A DNA stretch of 53,910 nt, the filler included, from Sluysia triapertura (lineage: Eukaryota): NCBI GenBank assembly GCA_046118255.1. It is 4 parts of 4 records of this genome, joined end to end, with 100 filler letters (N's around TTAATTAATTAA, not from the genome) between each part and the next. Parts side by side here need not be neighbours in the genome. Positions count along the whole stretch, not along the records: positions 11,213 to 28,840 come from JBJNIA010186502.1; positions 28,941 to 41,580 come from JBJNIA010092787.1; 2 more parts are not named here. The stretch is one strand, 5' to 3'. Each line of letters begins with the position of its first letter. Position 1 is the stretch's first letter. A model generated the notes under the pieces. The model did not search any database, was not told the DNA's origin, and saw only the letters and a list, made by a program, of their open reading frames with translations. Below are positions 14,081 through 29,006 of this stretch, piece by piece. The translations under genes were made by a program, and so were the position numbers.

Positions 14081-15646
14081 AAAAGAAACCAAAATTTCTC
14101 ACTAATTGCACGATTTACGACATTTCTTTCATTGTAAAGGCACATGCATAACTAATTGGAGATTATAGATCTTAAAATTTGCTCGATAATTCTTCCATTT
14201 AATATGTTTCGACATTTTTGAGTTTTAAATTTTGTGATTATTTAAATTAAATATATTTGATAATCTTTACGAATGTTCTACTTGTTGTTTGCATCTAGTT
14301 TTATTTTAAAATATGTTATTAAAATGTTAAATGTCCTCTAAATGAATTACTTGGTGGTCTACTACTACTTATAAGAATGATATATTCATATTAATAATTA
14401 ATTTCAAAAGTTCAACTTGAATAATGCCAACATTTTAGTACCTATTTGATTATTTACAATCACATTGACACAAAATTTAATAAAGATTTAAATAATTTAA
14501 TATTTTTTCTCGAGGTTTCAGTAATCGTTGAAAAGTATGAAAAAGTAATCAAAACTTCACAAAATTAAACAATCAATTTAATAAAAAAACAAACAATTTT
14601 GATAAGTATAAATGTAATAAACATGTTCTAGATTTTAGAAGTATTTTCTACAACTTTATAATAAATAATTGTAAAAATACAAAATTTATGTCAATTTATT
14701 GATTGATTCTATTTATAAAGAGAGTAATATATAAGAAAAATCAATAATCAATCAAAAAACGAGTTAACGTTCCAGCAAAGTAATAAATATTTTAATAAAT
14801 AAATAAATAAATGTAATTATAGTAAATAAAGTATCATAAGATAAAAAACTGAAAGGTTTATTAAAATTCGGAAAATTTACATGTGATTGTATCTAAACTT
14901 ATAATTAACAATATATTATTATTAATTATTTGATCGATTAGTTAAATTTTGATGTAATTCGGAGATTAAAATGATACAAAGAAAGAAGATGAATTTTAAA
15001 AATAAATATCGTAAAATCTTTTTCGAAGGTATCAAAAAACAAAATTTGATTTGTAATGAATCAATTAAAATCAATAAATACTAACAGTATTTATAAATTA
15101 TTAAATAGATTATTATGAAAAATGACTTAATTTTTTTAAAGTTAATATTATTAATAATTCAAATATCACATTATTATTATTATTTATAGGGTTGTCCGAT
15201 CAATAACATAATCTTACAAACAATTATGTAAAAAAGAATTTAAATGCAATAAATTAACCTTAAAAAATTGCTTCAAAAATTTGAAAATTAGACAATTCAT
15301 GTCATCACTAAATAACAGCAATGTAAACTCCGAAATCACAAACAACGATCAAATATATATCGATGATTACATTATTTTCATATATGTTGCTTTTTTTACA
15401 TTTTTTTTGCACTGTCAATGCTACATTTTTTGAATACATATTTCACTATTTATTATGTATTACCACTTTTAATATCATGTATTATATAATATTATATTTA
15501 CTAAAATTTGAATTCAGTTTCACCTGTTTGATATAATTAACAAAAATCAATAACAGTGATATTTAAAATTTAAAATAATTAGTGAAATTTTATAGTACAA
15601 TTTAGTGAAATTTAAATTTTGCATTTTTGATAATTAGATATACAAG

Positions 15647-15656
15647 TTTCTTTTTT
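15647..15656 (+). promoter_or_regulatory. Possible TCT/5'TOP initiator of RPS6
   Basis: TTTCTTTTTT about 50 nt upstream of the ATG of a ribosomal protein gene. Weak evidence in AT-rich DNA. Confidence 0.3.
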
Positions 15657-15702
15657 GTTTAAATATATCGAAATTTTATAAATCGGAAAAAGAAAGTAAA
15701 AA

Positions 15703-16437
15703 ATGAAAGTAATGATTTAATTTTTGTATGATTTATTGATTTACTTATAGTTCAATATCGCTTATCCAGTAATGGGTACTCAGAAGTTGATTGAAGTCGA
15801 TGATATGCATAAATATGCACCATTTATGTTGAAATCAATGGGTTCTATCATTCCAGCAGACTCTTTGGGAAAAGAGTGGGCAGGATATACATTGAGAATT
15901 ACAGGTGGTAATGATAAGGAAGGCTTTCCAATGATGCAGGGTGTATTAACCACTCAAAGAGTGAAGTTATTATTGAAGAAAGGGTCAAAATGTTTTAGAG
16001 AACGCAGAGCAGGTGAAAGAAAACGAAAGAGTATTCGTGGTTGTATCACTGATACTAATTTAAGTGTTATATCTATGGTAATTGATCGAAAGGGACCAAA
16101 TACAATTGAAGGTTTAACCGATAAACAAGTTCCAAACAAATTAGGTCCAAAACGAGCTAGTAAAATAAGAAAATTATTCAACTTAAAAAAAGAAGATGAT
16201 GTAAAAAAATATGTACTACGACGAACTTTACCAGCGACAGATAAACACAAAAAAGAACGATCAAAAGCTCCCAAAATTCAACGTCTTGTTACACCAATTA
16301 CTTTACAAAGACGACGACGCTTATTGGCTGCTAAGATAACAAGAAAAGAAAAGAAGGTCCAACAACGTGAAGAATATGAAAAACTTTTAGCGACTCGTAA
16401 AAGTCAAGCTAGAAATGGAAAGAAACAAAAAATATAA
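15703..16437 (+). CDS. RPS6: 40S ribosomal protein S6 (eS6); exon 1 15703-15708, intron 15709-15750, exon 2 15751-16437; about 230 aa
   Basis: Spliced product MK|[18 protein letters not shown]...[14 protein letters not shown]...[11 protein letters not shown]...[15 protein letters not shown]...[11 protein letters not shown]. The 42-bp GT-AG intron after codon 2 keeps the frame and matches the first-intron position known in animal RPS6. Confidence 0.97.
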
Positions 16438-16966
16438 TTTGTTTTAAATAATTTCTTCTTGTGTTGTACTACAATTTTTAATTATGTTATTTGTAGAATT
16501 TTTAATTCAGGTTTATTTTCCAGATATCAGATATATTTGAATCAGCTTTGTTACTGTGGAATGATAATTGTCAAAGATTTGAAGATTTGTGTTTATTTAG
16601 TGCTCTTATTCAAAGAAACCCTTTGGATATTGGAAGTTTGAAATCGAGTAGTCATGCTCGACGCGGAAATGTTCAAATTAAACACGATAGAAATTCAAGT
16701 TTTTTGCGTGAAGATTCCGATTCTTTTATGTCCAATCTTCGTAATATCGACTTTTCAAATACGAACTTAACACTAAGTGCGGCTTTAGATATTGGGAAAG
16801 GTCCTATTATTCATTATTATTAATTATTATATTCGTATTAGTAATATTATATTAGATTCGTTATATAATGAATAAGAATTAAAATTCAACTTACAATGTT
16901 CGAATTTTTTCGAATCAAATTCTTATTAAAACATTCTTCATTAGGAAAATCTGAAAATCACTTACA

Positions 16967-17614
16967 AAGGAAACCCAAAGTAAACCGAAGGATTTTATGA
17001 TTTTGTAGATTTCAGCGCGCTGATTCCGAATATGCTACATGTTTTTCTGACAATCATCTCGCGAACCAGTTAGATTTTTCAATTCTGATTTCAGTTTAAG
17101 ATTTTGATTTCAATTGAGTATTAAAAATATAATCTATCGTTATGAAAAAATTTATTTTAAACAATTTTCAGCAAAAAGTGATCTGAACAAATCATTGCGT
17201 ATGCACAGCGAATCAACCGCCGTTGTTGATTATGATGAAAATCGATAGATATTTGCACAAAAAGAGAAATCAGGCTGAAAACAATTTTAAATAAAAAAAC
17301 GACGTGCTTTTTTTAATTCCGGGTCAATGGCCTGTTTTTATGCATAAAAATATGAGGAAGTACCTAACCATTGTATTCTCTATCAGTAATTATAATGGCA
17401 ATAGTGCCAATTATATTGGGTAATCATATTTCATTATATCGAAATTGCACAATTCTAAAACTCAATCCTATTGTTATGCAATGTCTTTTTACAGACTTTA
17501 TGCTTATATCTGAAATCAGCATTGAAAAATTCTATCTTGTTCGCGAACTTTCAAATTTTGGTCCACTTGTCAGGAAAACGCATAGTATGTTCGAAATCAG
17601 CGTATAGTTTCCTT
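16967..17614. mobile_element. Non-autonomous DNA transposon/MITE of unassigned superfamily
   Basis: AAGGAAAC/GTTTCCTT ends plus ~36-bp subterminal inverted repeats CGCTGATTCCGAATATGCTA..CTGACAA / TTGTCAGG..TAGTATGTTCGAAATCAGCG. Confidence 0.65.
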
Positions 17615-19648
17615 GTTAGTTTTTTAAAGATAATTATATTTCTTTACTCGATAAAGGTCTTGAATTATTTTTAGTTATTGTATTATTCAAGTTTGTGTAC
17701 AATGTTAATGACACATAAGTTAACAAAAATATATTTTATTACAATGTGCAATTTTATCGTTTTAGGTATATTTTGTGATAAAATATGTAAATGGTTCGTG
17801 AAATGGAATATGACATTATTGCATGTTCGTCAATTATACAAAAGTATAGGTAAATGTACTCACGCAGTAGGTGACATTTGTGAAGACTCTGAGCTCTGTG
17901 TTAATAATGTCTATGAAGATCAACTACAGCAATCTGGCGGAGATATAATTAATGAACAGTATTGTATTGATAACGATACAAGAGGTTTTTTTGTATTTAT
18001 TTTCAATGTATTTGTGACTACATATTTATAAAAATACGATTTAAAAATTAATTTTGTAAGTAGTACATATTTAAAATTTGAAATAAATAAGAATATGTTT
18101 TATAACCATATCACTCAATAAGTAAAATAATGGGTTTTGTATTCAAATTATGCCATTAAATTTGAAACTCATTTGCAACTAGTATCAGTGAAATTCAAAT
18201 AAATATAGAAAGTTAGTTTGTTTCTTGCCTATGTATAATTTTCTTTTCTTTTGGGACTATCATTGATTTGTGCACATTTGTTTTTCAAATCAGATTATTT
18301 CTATTGATTATGTTTAATAATTAATAATGTACAAACGACTCGATTCAAGGTTGAATAACTGGCTTTTGTTTTTTGACTTATCGACCAATTAAATATATTT
18401 TTCAAATTCAAACTATGATTAGTTTTTAGCACATTCGATTGCTTCATGACAGAAATGCCTAACAATTATTTGTCACGAGACTGAATAAAGTATTTTAAAT
18501 TTCAACCATTAAACAGTGACATTTCATTGATTTTTAGATAAACTCCTCTGAACTATCATCAATTATACAAGTTTCTTTAATTCAGCACTTTTAAAATGTA
18601 ATGTTTTATTGCTTTTATTTTAAATATTGTATAAATTTTAAATAAATAGCTTTATTTATATGTGCATCATCCGAATTTGCACTTTCATGGAAGAGCAATT
18701 TTTGTAGATATTTGAAGTTTTTACTTTAATTAAAAGATAAATTAAATGATTAGACCGCTAAAATAGACAAAATAAAGAATAGACATTTAAATCGGCAACT
18801 CCCGGTAGATTAAAATTGTCCAATTTTAACATTTCTCCAATACATATCTTATCAATAAAGTTTACCTAAATAACTTAAGCCATAACAATTTCACAAAATT
18901 TTACACGTCTCAATTAATGTCCATTATACAATCTCTGAAGCACACGCCGGATGTGTTATCTTATCTGTCACAACTGTCCTTGAGATTTAATTCTGAAAAA
19001 AGATATTGACTAGAATTTTGAAAACACACAACACTTGTTGCAAAAACTGGCATGCTTTATTTTTGAAAATCATTTAAATTTTCTGTAGTTTCAAATTTTA
19101 CAACGAAGCTTGTGATAATTTATCTCTGCATAATATCAAATTCTTCTGTTGACGATTGAGCATTTTACTCTTTGTTTCTTTGTTAATCTCATGGTTATGT
19201 TATACAAAAGAAATATAATAATAGAAAGAAAACCAAAATATATAAATTTAGACAGTAAAAAATTCCACACCCTGGACTTAGAGAATCTATATTCAACAAG
19301 TCTAAAGTTCAAGAAGTTATTTTACTATGGCTGATTTATCCCTGTTTGAATAATAATACCAGACAGTTTAATAATTTAAACATTTTAAAAAAGAGGTTCT
19401 GTTTTTTTCACATTTGTTTTTATACTGTGTGAATAAAACTATAAATAAATCAGCAAAAAATCCCCCTTAATACAGTATTTTCCACTTAGATTACACTATG
19501 GTCAATTCTTTTCTTTAGATAAATGTGTAACATAATTTGCTGTTTAGTTTTTACTGAAACTTGTCGCTTTATTATTAGCTTTAATTTACAGGATTGGTTT
19601 GTGACAATATTTTAAAATTTAGCTTTAAAATTACAATACAGTTGTGGT

Positions 19649-21050
19649 TAGGATTTCCAATCCCGGGATACTGGTTTTAATACCGGTATTAGATATTAAA
19701 AAAATTCAGGTCTTACTGTGTTTTGTTATTTAATTTGCTGATTTTTAATGAAAAATAAAATGTTATAAACAATTTTTACAAATTTTAAATAATAAAAAAA
19801 AGAAAGAGTAAATTGCAGCAGATCTTTTTATTTCTTTAAATCACGAAAAATTGTTGTACATTCGGGGCAATTTTGCATATTTTTAAAATACGATCTTAGA
19901 AAACACAACGCATCAACTGTATGTCACTACGTCTGGAGCGTAGTTTAGTGCAATAATTACCAGTAGTCGAAAAAGCTCTTTCAGCTTCTACACTAGTTGG
20001 ATGAATGATTAACAATGCACGATATACCTTTTCTAAATATTTATCGCTAAATCCATCACGTAAAAACAAGTTTACTTCTCTCTGGATGGTTGTCGATATA
20101 TCTGATCTAGGAATTGTAGTTGGACTGGTATGTATTTTGTTAATAATCGCTAATTCTAATCTTTCCTTAAGCGTAAGTTTCTTTTCATCATTATCTTAGT
20201 TGTCATTCTCGTTCTCTATACCTTCATCGATTTTTTCTGAATGACTACAAGTATCCGGATAAAATTTTTCAATAAAATTTACTAAAACATTGATTAAATT
20301 TGAGGTTTTAAATATTTTCCTATCTTTTTCATTTTTGTAATTATTATAATTGTGTAGATACAGTAAAATATCTTCTATTTCAGTGTGCCTTTCTTCTATC
20401 CGATTCTTTAAAGCAATATATAATTCATACGATAGTTGTTTATGTTGTTCCCTTAGTGATTGTAACATAAAATTAATTGTCGCATTTGCTGTCAATAGAT
20501 TGGCTTCTCTACGGCATAATACCTCCACAGCTAGTTCCGCAGGAAGTAAAGCGGAAAGAGTCCTAGATATTAAGTCAAATTCACCTTCGGAAAAATCAAT
20601 AAGCAAGTTCAAATCAATAGTTGTTATTTTAATTGGGTTTTTTATAAGTAAACTATTCTAACGTGTTTTAGAATCTAATGACAACATATACTCTGTTCTA
20701 TTTTCTTTAAGTACGTATTTCCGTAGTAGTGCATTTTTAGTGGGGGAACGTTTAAATATTTTGACAATTTTTCGAATTTTAACAATTACGTCTTGCAAAT
20801 TTTGATTACATGACAATTCTTCTCCATAAAAATATCTAACAGTGAAATTGAAATATATTGCCGATCTTAGATCTTCATAAACATATATGACGATCTTAAA
20901 ATATTCATACGATATTTCTTCCTTTTTGATCACGCGAAATGTTTTATACAATTTATCTAAAATCTTCGTAAAAATTTTCTGCTGCGAATACCGGTATTAT
21001 GAAATCGAAAAAAGGTCCGGTATCCCGGGATCCCGGTATTGGAAACCCTA
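19649..21050 (-). mobile_element. Decayed, internally deleted hAT transposon
   Basis: TIRs TAGGATTTCCAAT / ATTGGAAACCCTA with subterminal CCCGGGATACCGG repeats. Minus strand encodes KIRKIVKIFKRSP, DSKTR*NS (DxxTRWNS with Trp mutated to stop), LCRREANLLTA and PTSVEAERAFS (dimerisation motif). No 8-bp TSD recognisable. Confidence 0.9.
19880..20830 (-). pseudogene. hAT transposase pseudogene (C-terminal half)
   Basis: The ORF-track segments 20658-20951 and 20196-20612 plus the downstream ERAFS region are separated by in-frame stops. Confidence 0.85.
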
Positions 21051-21733
21051 TTGATAAGAATCATTTAGAATAATAGGTCGCAATTTTATAACATTTTTTA
21101 ATCTTGTTAATATAAAATATAAAATGAATCACCGTTTTTATAATATATTATATGTTAATTTCGATGACACAATCAGCATTAACAATGTATTTAGACTTTA
21201 GAAAATATAAAAAAATTTCACAATTAATTTATGCAACACTTTTAATATCGTGACCAGCGTACTATGCATGACTTCCAATACGATTTTTTTTCTAAACAAT
21301 TTTTACATCTAATTTTTATATAATAAACACTAATATACGTACAGATATAAGAAATATATTGCTAACATGTACAAACCTGCAACCTCATCAAAAACATACC
21401 GCGGTATTGTAACTACTGAAAAGTCTCGGGACAGTATAAATTAAATAAAGTTTTTATTATTATCATAAATATGATGACTATGAAAGAGTAAAAATTTTTC
21501 TTCTAAAAATCAGTATAAATGGTAGATACAAATTTGAAATGTGGCAATTTACAAGAGGACAATTATAGCTAAATTTCCATGAAATCAACTACGATTTTCA
21601 GAGGAAATAACAATTTTACTTAAGACAAACTTAAGTTTATTATTTCTTATAAAAACCTTAAAATGTAAATTTATGAGAACTAAAATTTTCAAATTAAAAT
21701 ATATTAATAAAATTAAAGCCGAAAGGTCTTTAA

Positions 21734-22215
21734 CCATTTCAGGACGGGAAGCCTATTTTGTAGTTTTTAAAGACGATTTGTCAACCGACAGGAATTTTTC
21801 AGAGATCTTTGTATCGAATTAAAGATAATAACAAGAGCTTTCATTTGATACCAAAATATGCTGTATTCCCTAGAAGGATAAATTGTTCCGCGCGAAAGAA
21901 AAGGATTAAAAAAATCGGAAATGGATACTGGATCTTTCTCTCTTCAATGCATACTACCTCTACACGATATGAAATTCCATAAATATTTCATTTATGGACT
22001 TCAATAAAGAAAAGTTTGGCTACCTAAGAGAAATTTTGAGAGGAAGACCACCTTTCCATTTCCGTCATTCATTACTATATTTGGCCTTACCAAAAACCCT
22101 CAAAAGGTTTGTATTGCATTCAGTGGAAGTAAAAAGGCAAAGGTATATATGTAATGATTGTAATTTTGGTTAAGTATGACGGACTGATTCACTATGCATC
22201 ATACAAAAAGACTTT
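21734..22215 (+). mobile_element. piggyBac relic (terminus plus decayed C-terminal Cys-rich domain)
   Basis: TTAA|CCATTTCAGGACGG terminus. Frameshifted KNPQKVC...RYICNDCNFG*...FTMHHTKR resembles the piggyBac transposase C-terminal zinc finger. Confidence 0.55.
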
Positions 22216-23258
22216 TAGATGAATAAAAATTGCAATTTCTGACACTTTTTAATATCTTACAAAAAAGCTCATTCCGAAATTATCAATTGTATCTTAATGT
22301 TTTTTGATGTTTATTTATTAAGAAGTTGAAAAGTTTTGTCATCCAACGCCTTTTTGTCTGATAAGAATTTTGTATCATTGTAAAGTAAAATATCATTGTA
22401 ATAAATATATTAATTAAATTGCGTTTTTTTTCGTTGATTAATTTAGTAAAGTTTTATAGTAGACGAAAGCACGCAGAATAAATTAGACATTAGATATTAG
22501 CATCTAGGTTGTATAATCGTTGTCATAGCTATAGACACGTCTAGTTTACATTTTAAGTAGTGGGGATTAGGCTCGTGCACGTTAGTAAAACGGTAGCATA
22601 AGCAAAAAAAAATGAAATATAAATTTGCCATTCTCAAAACCAGCATAAATTTTACTACAATTTACATATATTGGTCGAAGTAAGCTCAGAATTTCATATT
22701 TTTAGTTTGTAATTTCTTTGGAAGTGGTTTAGACATGTCATATTATTTTAGCTTGAGTTTTCTTTTATAATTACAAGTGCTTTTACAAAGCTTGAAAAAA
22801 CACAAATAAGATTTATTGAATGAAAATAAATCAACCATGTTATTGCGAATAAATATTTCCACAATGTTCAGTGAAAAGTCATCGATATGGGAGCTGTGAA
22901 GTGCAATAACTCAGGGTTACAGTTCAGTTTATTCGATTTTAACCTATGCCTAGCTTTATTGCACCTAAAGTATGCTATTTGTTAAGATTTTGAAAGGACA
23001 TTCAATTACGGTACTGTAATAAAAAAACATACAAGATAATTTGAATCGACATCTAACGAATTTTCCGATTTTCTGGCACATAGCTTTTATTAGGTAATTC
23101 ACTTCTCACTTAATAATTTTATGCATATTAGAAGAGATATTCAATTAAACATCAGCATTTCCTGAAACGCACATTTTTAGTAAATATTTTAAACATTTGA
23201 GATTTTACTTAAACCAAATATGAAAAAGCATTTAATTTAAGTATAAAATATAAATACA

Positions 23259-23470
23259 TGATTCGGTATTCGGACATCCAGCGGCTCCACTAATAACTCG
23301 AACCCACCAATCCGAATTCGCTGCGTCGATCATAACAACATTCATTAAATTTAACACATGTCTACCTATCATAGCACAGGAAAGCCAACCAGTAAAATCT
23401 TCTATAATCAACGCTACTAAAGGAATTGGTATCATGTTACCACTACAAGTCAAATTATCGAAGGCATTTC
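23259..23470 (-). CDS. Putative isolated exon, product unknown
   Basis: GC-elevated open frame between a tttcag acceptor and a gtattt donor (NAFDNLTC...EDFTGWLS...NSDWWVRV...). The opposite strand is also open. Confidence 0.35.
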
Positions 23471-26400
23471 TGAAATATGGAATATAATAGTAAATAAAAG
23501 AGTAAATTTCTTTTAATATTGATATTTCATACATTGCAAAAGATAAATAGATATAATTTTAATAATAGACATTGTAAAAAATCGATATATGCTTTAATTG
23601 AATCTTTTAAAAGGTACAAAATCACAAAATCGTAATCAATCTAAAACAGTTGATAAAGTTCCACCTAACGTTTTGTTAAATCATTGCATACCAAAACTGA
23701 TGCTATTATTACTAATAGATCACCACCATGTATTAGTGATAGTAAAGGATTAAATCTTAGGAAAATAGTTATCGAATTTTTGGATAGATGTATTTGATCC
23801 AGCATGACGTTTTATTATTTTACCACGATTTCGAAATTTATTACTTTATACAATTGCACATTAACGATCAACATACGAGTTCAATTCAGACATCTTGCGA
23901 AGAGCAGTGCATTACACATTACTTGGAAATATTTTTTGTTGGATTGTGGTACGAGATAATCATTATATTCTTGTGATATACAAGTTACTTGAAATTATTT
24001 CAAATTTTTTACAGATAACATTTGATAAAGAATCATACACTCTTAATGTTGGTATTGGAAAAAAATATCCGAATTCAATAAGGCGAATTTACCAAAGTTT
24101 ATTTATACTTATCAACCAGATGCAGCAATTGAAGTATTCAAAAAATTCAATCAAGTTCAAGATGCTAATTCACAATTAGTAGGATTTAAAAAAGAATCAA
24201 GAAAATCAGAACAAAAATTTCGCATCAATTTCAAAAATAAGTTATTCTAACTATAATACTCAATGTTTTAAATCAGCTCGAATTCCTGAATGGTCTAAAA
24301 TTATAAAAAAATAAAAGTTAATAATAATTAAGCTGCTCAACTTTTTATTATGTGTATAATTATTTATGTATATAGTTAAATGTAAATAATAAAATTAATA
24401 AATTAAATAGCAACGATAAAAATTTATATTGTTTTTTGAACATACATATGCAATTAATGCCAACGTCAGATAAAATTAATTAAAGAATTAATTAATAAAT
24501 TAATAAAATAAATTATTAAATTAAATCATGTTATCATTCATAATGATGGTTTCAATTTACAGTTTATGACGTAACTTGGAAATTGAGTGACTATTTGTCA
24601 AGTATTTTGAACCTTTATATTTATTCACGTACGTTATTGTATATATTGTTTTATTCGTTTATCTTTTACTCAATAAACCTTTTGTTAGATTGGTTAATTC
24701 GTTTATTTTAAATTTTGTAATGGTTATAAAAGTTAAAGTTTCTAATGATTTTGTTAATTTCACTTGTTCGAAATGTAAATTAAAATTAAAAAATGAAAAG
24801 ATAAAGAAATTTGTCAATTTTAATATCATTCGTAATTTTAATAATTATATGCCCTCACCAAAATGGTGTCAGGCTAAACAGACAAACACATTAATCAAAT
24901 CCTTTATCTCTATCCATAGTTTTGATAATAATAATAATAAAAATAATGATGATTAAAATTATAATAGAATTATTATGCAGTTTAATGTGATAATGTTGAC
25001 AGAATTAAGATAATATTAACTTATGAGAATTATTATTATTATTATAACTAATGATAATTATACAAAATGACTATGTTTATGTTTTGAATGAATCGAGTAA
25101 TTTGTTTAGCATTTTGTTTATTTAAGAAATGCTCATTGGTGATTAAATGTGTTTGTCATTTTAATGAGAAAATGTGGATTTCACTACAGATATTATTACG
25201 ACTAAAATATATATAAACATTAAAATTTATAAAATATTGTTTAATAATGACAAATTTCAGAAATTTATCTGCCATATTCAAAGATCTATCATTTTAAATT
25301 ATATATTTATGCACTGTGCACAATGATGATAAAGTAAGTAATAGATATAGATTGTTTCAAAAATATACAACCAGCTGCTGGAGAATATCAAAACACTAGG
25401 AGATTGCATATAATATTATATGCATGTAAAGTTATTTCCAGATTTGAAAATAGTTTTCTATAATGTGACGTACCAAAAATATCGCGCGTATATTCTAAAA
25501 TGCTTGGTATTATGCTTGCATTTTTCCAGATAAAAACAGTTTTTACATACTTTTTATAAGTGTTATATTAATAAATATTTGTATTTAATTTGCCTAAAGT
25601 AATAAATAAATAATAATTTTTGTTATCAAAAATATTTTTTGAAGTTATTTTGGACGATGTTGGAGAATCAGTGAGTACTGCCTTATTTAATTAAAGACGA
25701 TGTTTGTGAGCTTCATTGTGAATATAATGTAGGTAATTACATTTAATATAGTGAAAAATTTCCAAAAGTATATATGAAGAAAAGTTGGGGTCAAAAATGA
25801 AGTGCAACTAAAGTAAATACATTAAAATTACGCAGTTAAATTACTTTTATTGTTTTCATAAATTTTGGATAATTTATCTAATATATTAAGGCAAAAAAAT
25901 TTAAATTTATAATTTGTTTTTTATTTCTACAATATACATAAGTAGATTTATCTTTTTTTACAAAACTCTTCTTAAATGTTACAGTCTTAAGGACTGTTAA
26001 ATTACTACAAACTAGATTAAAAATACAAAAATATTCAACAATTAATGCATTCACTAAGATATTGTAAAAAAGATCAAAACATAAATAGATTGTGATAAAA
26101 CTAAGATACTAACAAAATTTATAATACCAGAGTTCAGTGGCGTAAACCAAAAAAGGTAGATATAGCGTACTAGAAGATCCATGGTAGGATTTTATGTATT
26201 ATGCATGGCTAATTTTAGCACGGTTCGCTTACTGAGGAAACATATGACGGATTACAACATTGACATATCAAATAGCAGAAACGTAACTTTAAGTTCAATT
26301 AAGTTCGGATTACAGTTATGTACTTGTAGAGTTAACAAAAATGCTTTGTAATAGTTATTCCACATAATCATATTTTTTTAAACTGCAAAATTTGCCTAGT

Positions 26401-28364
26401 TTAAAACTATCGTGTTAACTTGAAATATTTGTTCGCAATAAATGCCATATAAATTAGTTTATGAAGATTGCTTCTTTTAAAGCATGCCACATTCTTCTGT
26501 GATGATCTTTTTCAATGATGTGATGCATATTTAACTAAAAATTTATCATGTATGTCAATATGAACTGATAATGACATCGTAGGCGAATATTACAAAATGA
26601 AGTATCAAAAATGTCGGTCTAAATCTTTATTAATTATTATTATTTTTAGGCTATTATAATTTTTTAATTTTGATAACACAAATTTGATAATAATTTTTAT
26701 AATAAAAATGAAGGCAAATTTAATGAAAATAATTATAAAAATTTCTATATAAATTTTTAATCAATATATAATTTTTAATTTATTCAAAAAGTAATATTTA
26801 TTTAAAACACTAAATAATAATAATTATTTTTACTCATAAACATGGAACCTTTAGGAGCATGATTACATAAAAACTTCAAAATATAATCACTAAATTACAA
26901 TAATTACTATTAGTTTATAAAATACGTAAAAGAAACGTGATAATACGTATAAAACAGAAGCTCCAATTAAACCAAATGTTGAAACTGCATTAAAATAATG
27001 GTTATAAAATGATACTATTATTATTTATTTATTTTATGATTTTGAAAGAAATGGGGTTTTGTGTGTGAAAGTAAAATAGTTGAGTGAGAATAAACAATGT
27101 TATTGCTTTGTCGAAAGTGTGTTATCTTAGATTGAGGTTATGAACAATTATTGATATATTTGCGATAAATTATTTAATTGGTGAATGATGTTTGTTTCTT
27201 ATTTTTTTGATTATGTTTATAAGATGTACTATTTAGAATTATGAGATGGATAATTATTCTAAAGGAAGAGCATATTTGTTAAGCGGAGTTTGCTTTAGGA
27301 AGGTTACTATGATGCTAACTATGATTTAATCTATCAATAATAAAAGGAAAACTGGAGCTTATATTGATAGTCCGATAAAATGAAGTGATATTCTTATACA
27401 ATAATTCACTCAGGAATTTTACTTGATTTCTGATACAGTTAATGATTGCAGTGATGAGGAAATAAAGTTTGAATACATCTGGTGATATGCTGATGTAACA
27501 TTAAGCTTGCCCCAAACGTTTCAACATCGTAAATTTAATGAATATAAATTTCAATTCCTCGATACCATACATTTAAATATCGCATTCGTAATCCGGCAGC
27601 ACCATTAATAAAATCAGTCTGTGCGCCAAGTATAACTCACATGATGCGAGTCTCAAGCCTTATTCAGCAATTAAAAATTTAATGGTCAACGATAGCATTT
27701 ACACATTTAAAGTTTTTATTGTCGCATTCAATATCTCTAATGATTTTTTACTTTATTTTGTTTCTATGGTGCATATTTTAAAATTGGTATTCTAAAGCCA
27801 TTTCAAAATTATTCAAAGTTACTTTTTGCTATCATTAAACATTTTATTACTACTAATTTGTTATAAAATAAATTTACTTCTACTGTTATAAGAGAAATGT
27901 ATGTATATTGTATGTTTTATCAAATTGTGTCTCAATATATTAAGTACTTTGAAAAATCTAAGCCAATTTATGAATTTAAATATAATTAACCTTTAATGTA
28001 CAAATGTTATATACATTTAACATTTATAAAATTTAATTTAAAAGACAATCTCATAGACAGTAGGACTTTTCATAAAACATGGTTTAAGTAGGCAGCGTTG
28101 AGTTTAAAAAATCGGTTTCCCGCATACTTTGCAGATTTTATAAATTCGTATTCTAAAGGTTAAAGAACATAAGTCATTATCTATCATTCTAATGCGCCTT
28201 AAACGCATTGTAATATTTCGAAAATGTTATCATTGAAGAATACTTTAAAATGGTTTAACATGGACATATCCATCTACTCACAACTTTTCAAGTATAAATA
28301 ATTATCATTAAAGTTTAAAAATTATTCAATAATAGTTAAGGCATTTCGACAATTTAAATAATTA

Positions 28365-28600
28365 CTCTCTCCGTCCAAAATGAAGAAAAGTGGAAGAAAA
28401 TGAAGAAAAATGAAGAAAAAGCGGCTTTACTTTTAAAAGTTAACTGTCATTGTGAAAAATCTTTTTCCTAGAATAAGAGTTTTCTTAATTGAATTCGGAT
28501 ATTTTGAATAAGGTTTTTCTTTCTCACCAGCAGTGTATGGTAGAAACTATGAAAGTAAATGGAGATATCAACTATGAAAAACATTAACAAAGATTTAGTA
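28365..28600 (+). mobile_element. Second, internally deleted DD39D-type mariner copy
   Basis: TA|CTCTCTCCGTCCAAAA left TIR. LNSDILNKVFL-HQQCMVETMKVNGDINY. Nucleotide homology to 36160-36560 (GAAAAGCGGCTTT; TGAATAAGGTTTTTC). Confidence 0.65.
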
Positions 28601-28946
28601 AGCTTCCTATTCCCATAAAAACAATATTGAATGTCACACTTTTGTATTACTAGCATTATAAACATAATATCAATCATCATTCTTGATTCATAATACATTA
28701 TATATAGAAAATAAAGTAGCCAATAAAAATATGAAAAGAACGAAAAAATATGAAGCAAATATACTTCTTATAACTTGTTGAATAAAAATTAACATAGCGT
28801 AATTCTGTAACAATATATATACAATGATTAATAATAATAANNNNNNNNNNNNNNNNNNNNNNNNNNNNNNNNNNNNNNNNNNNNTTAATTAATTAANNNN
28901 NNNNNNNNNNNNNNNNNNNNNNNNNNNNNNNNNNNNNNNNATGTCA

Positions 28947-29006
<60 letters not shown>
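28947..29006. repeat. (ATT)n microsatellite
   Basis: Read directly. Confidence 0.95.

Noticed and set aside
15954-16274. 106-aa antisense ORF
   Set aside because: Shadow of the RPS6 coding strand.
23780-24245. Plus-strand exon candidates
   Set aside because: They need a frameshift and contain stops; no recognisable family.
28468-28758. Paralogous-looking minus-strand ORFs (with 36366-36593)
   Set aside because: They are antisense to the mariner relics; the similarity reflects the shared transposon.
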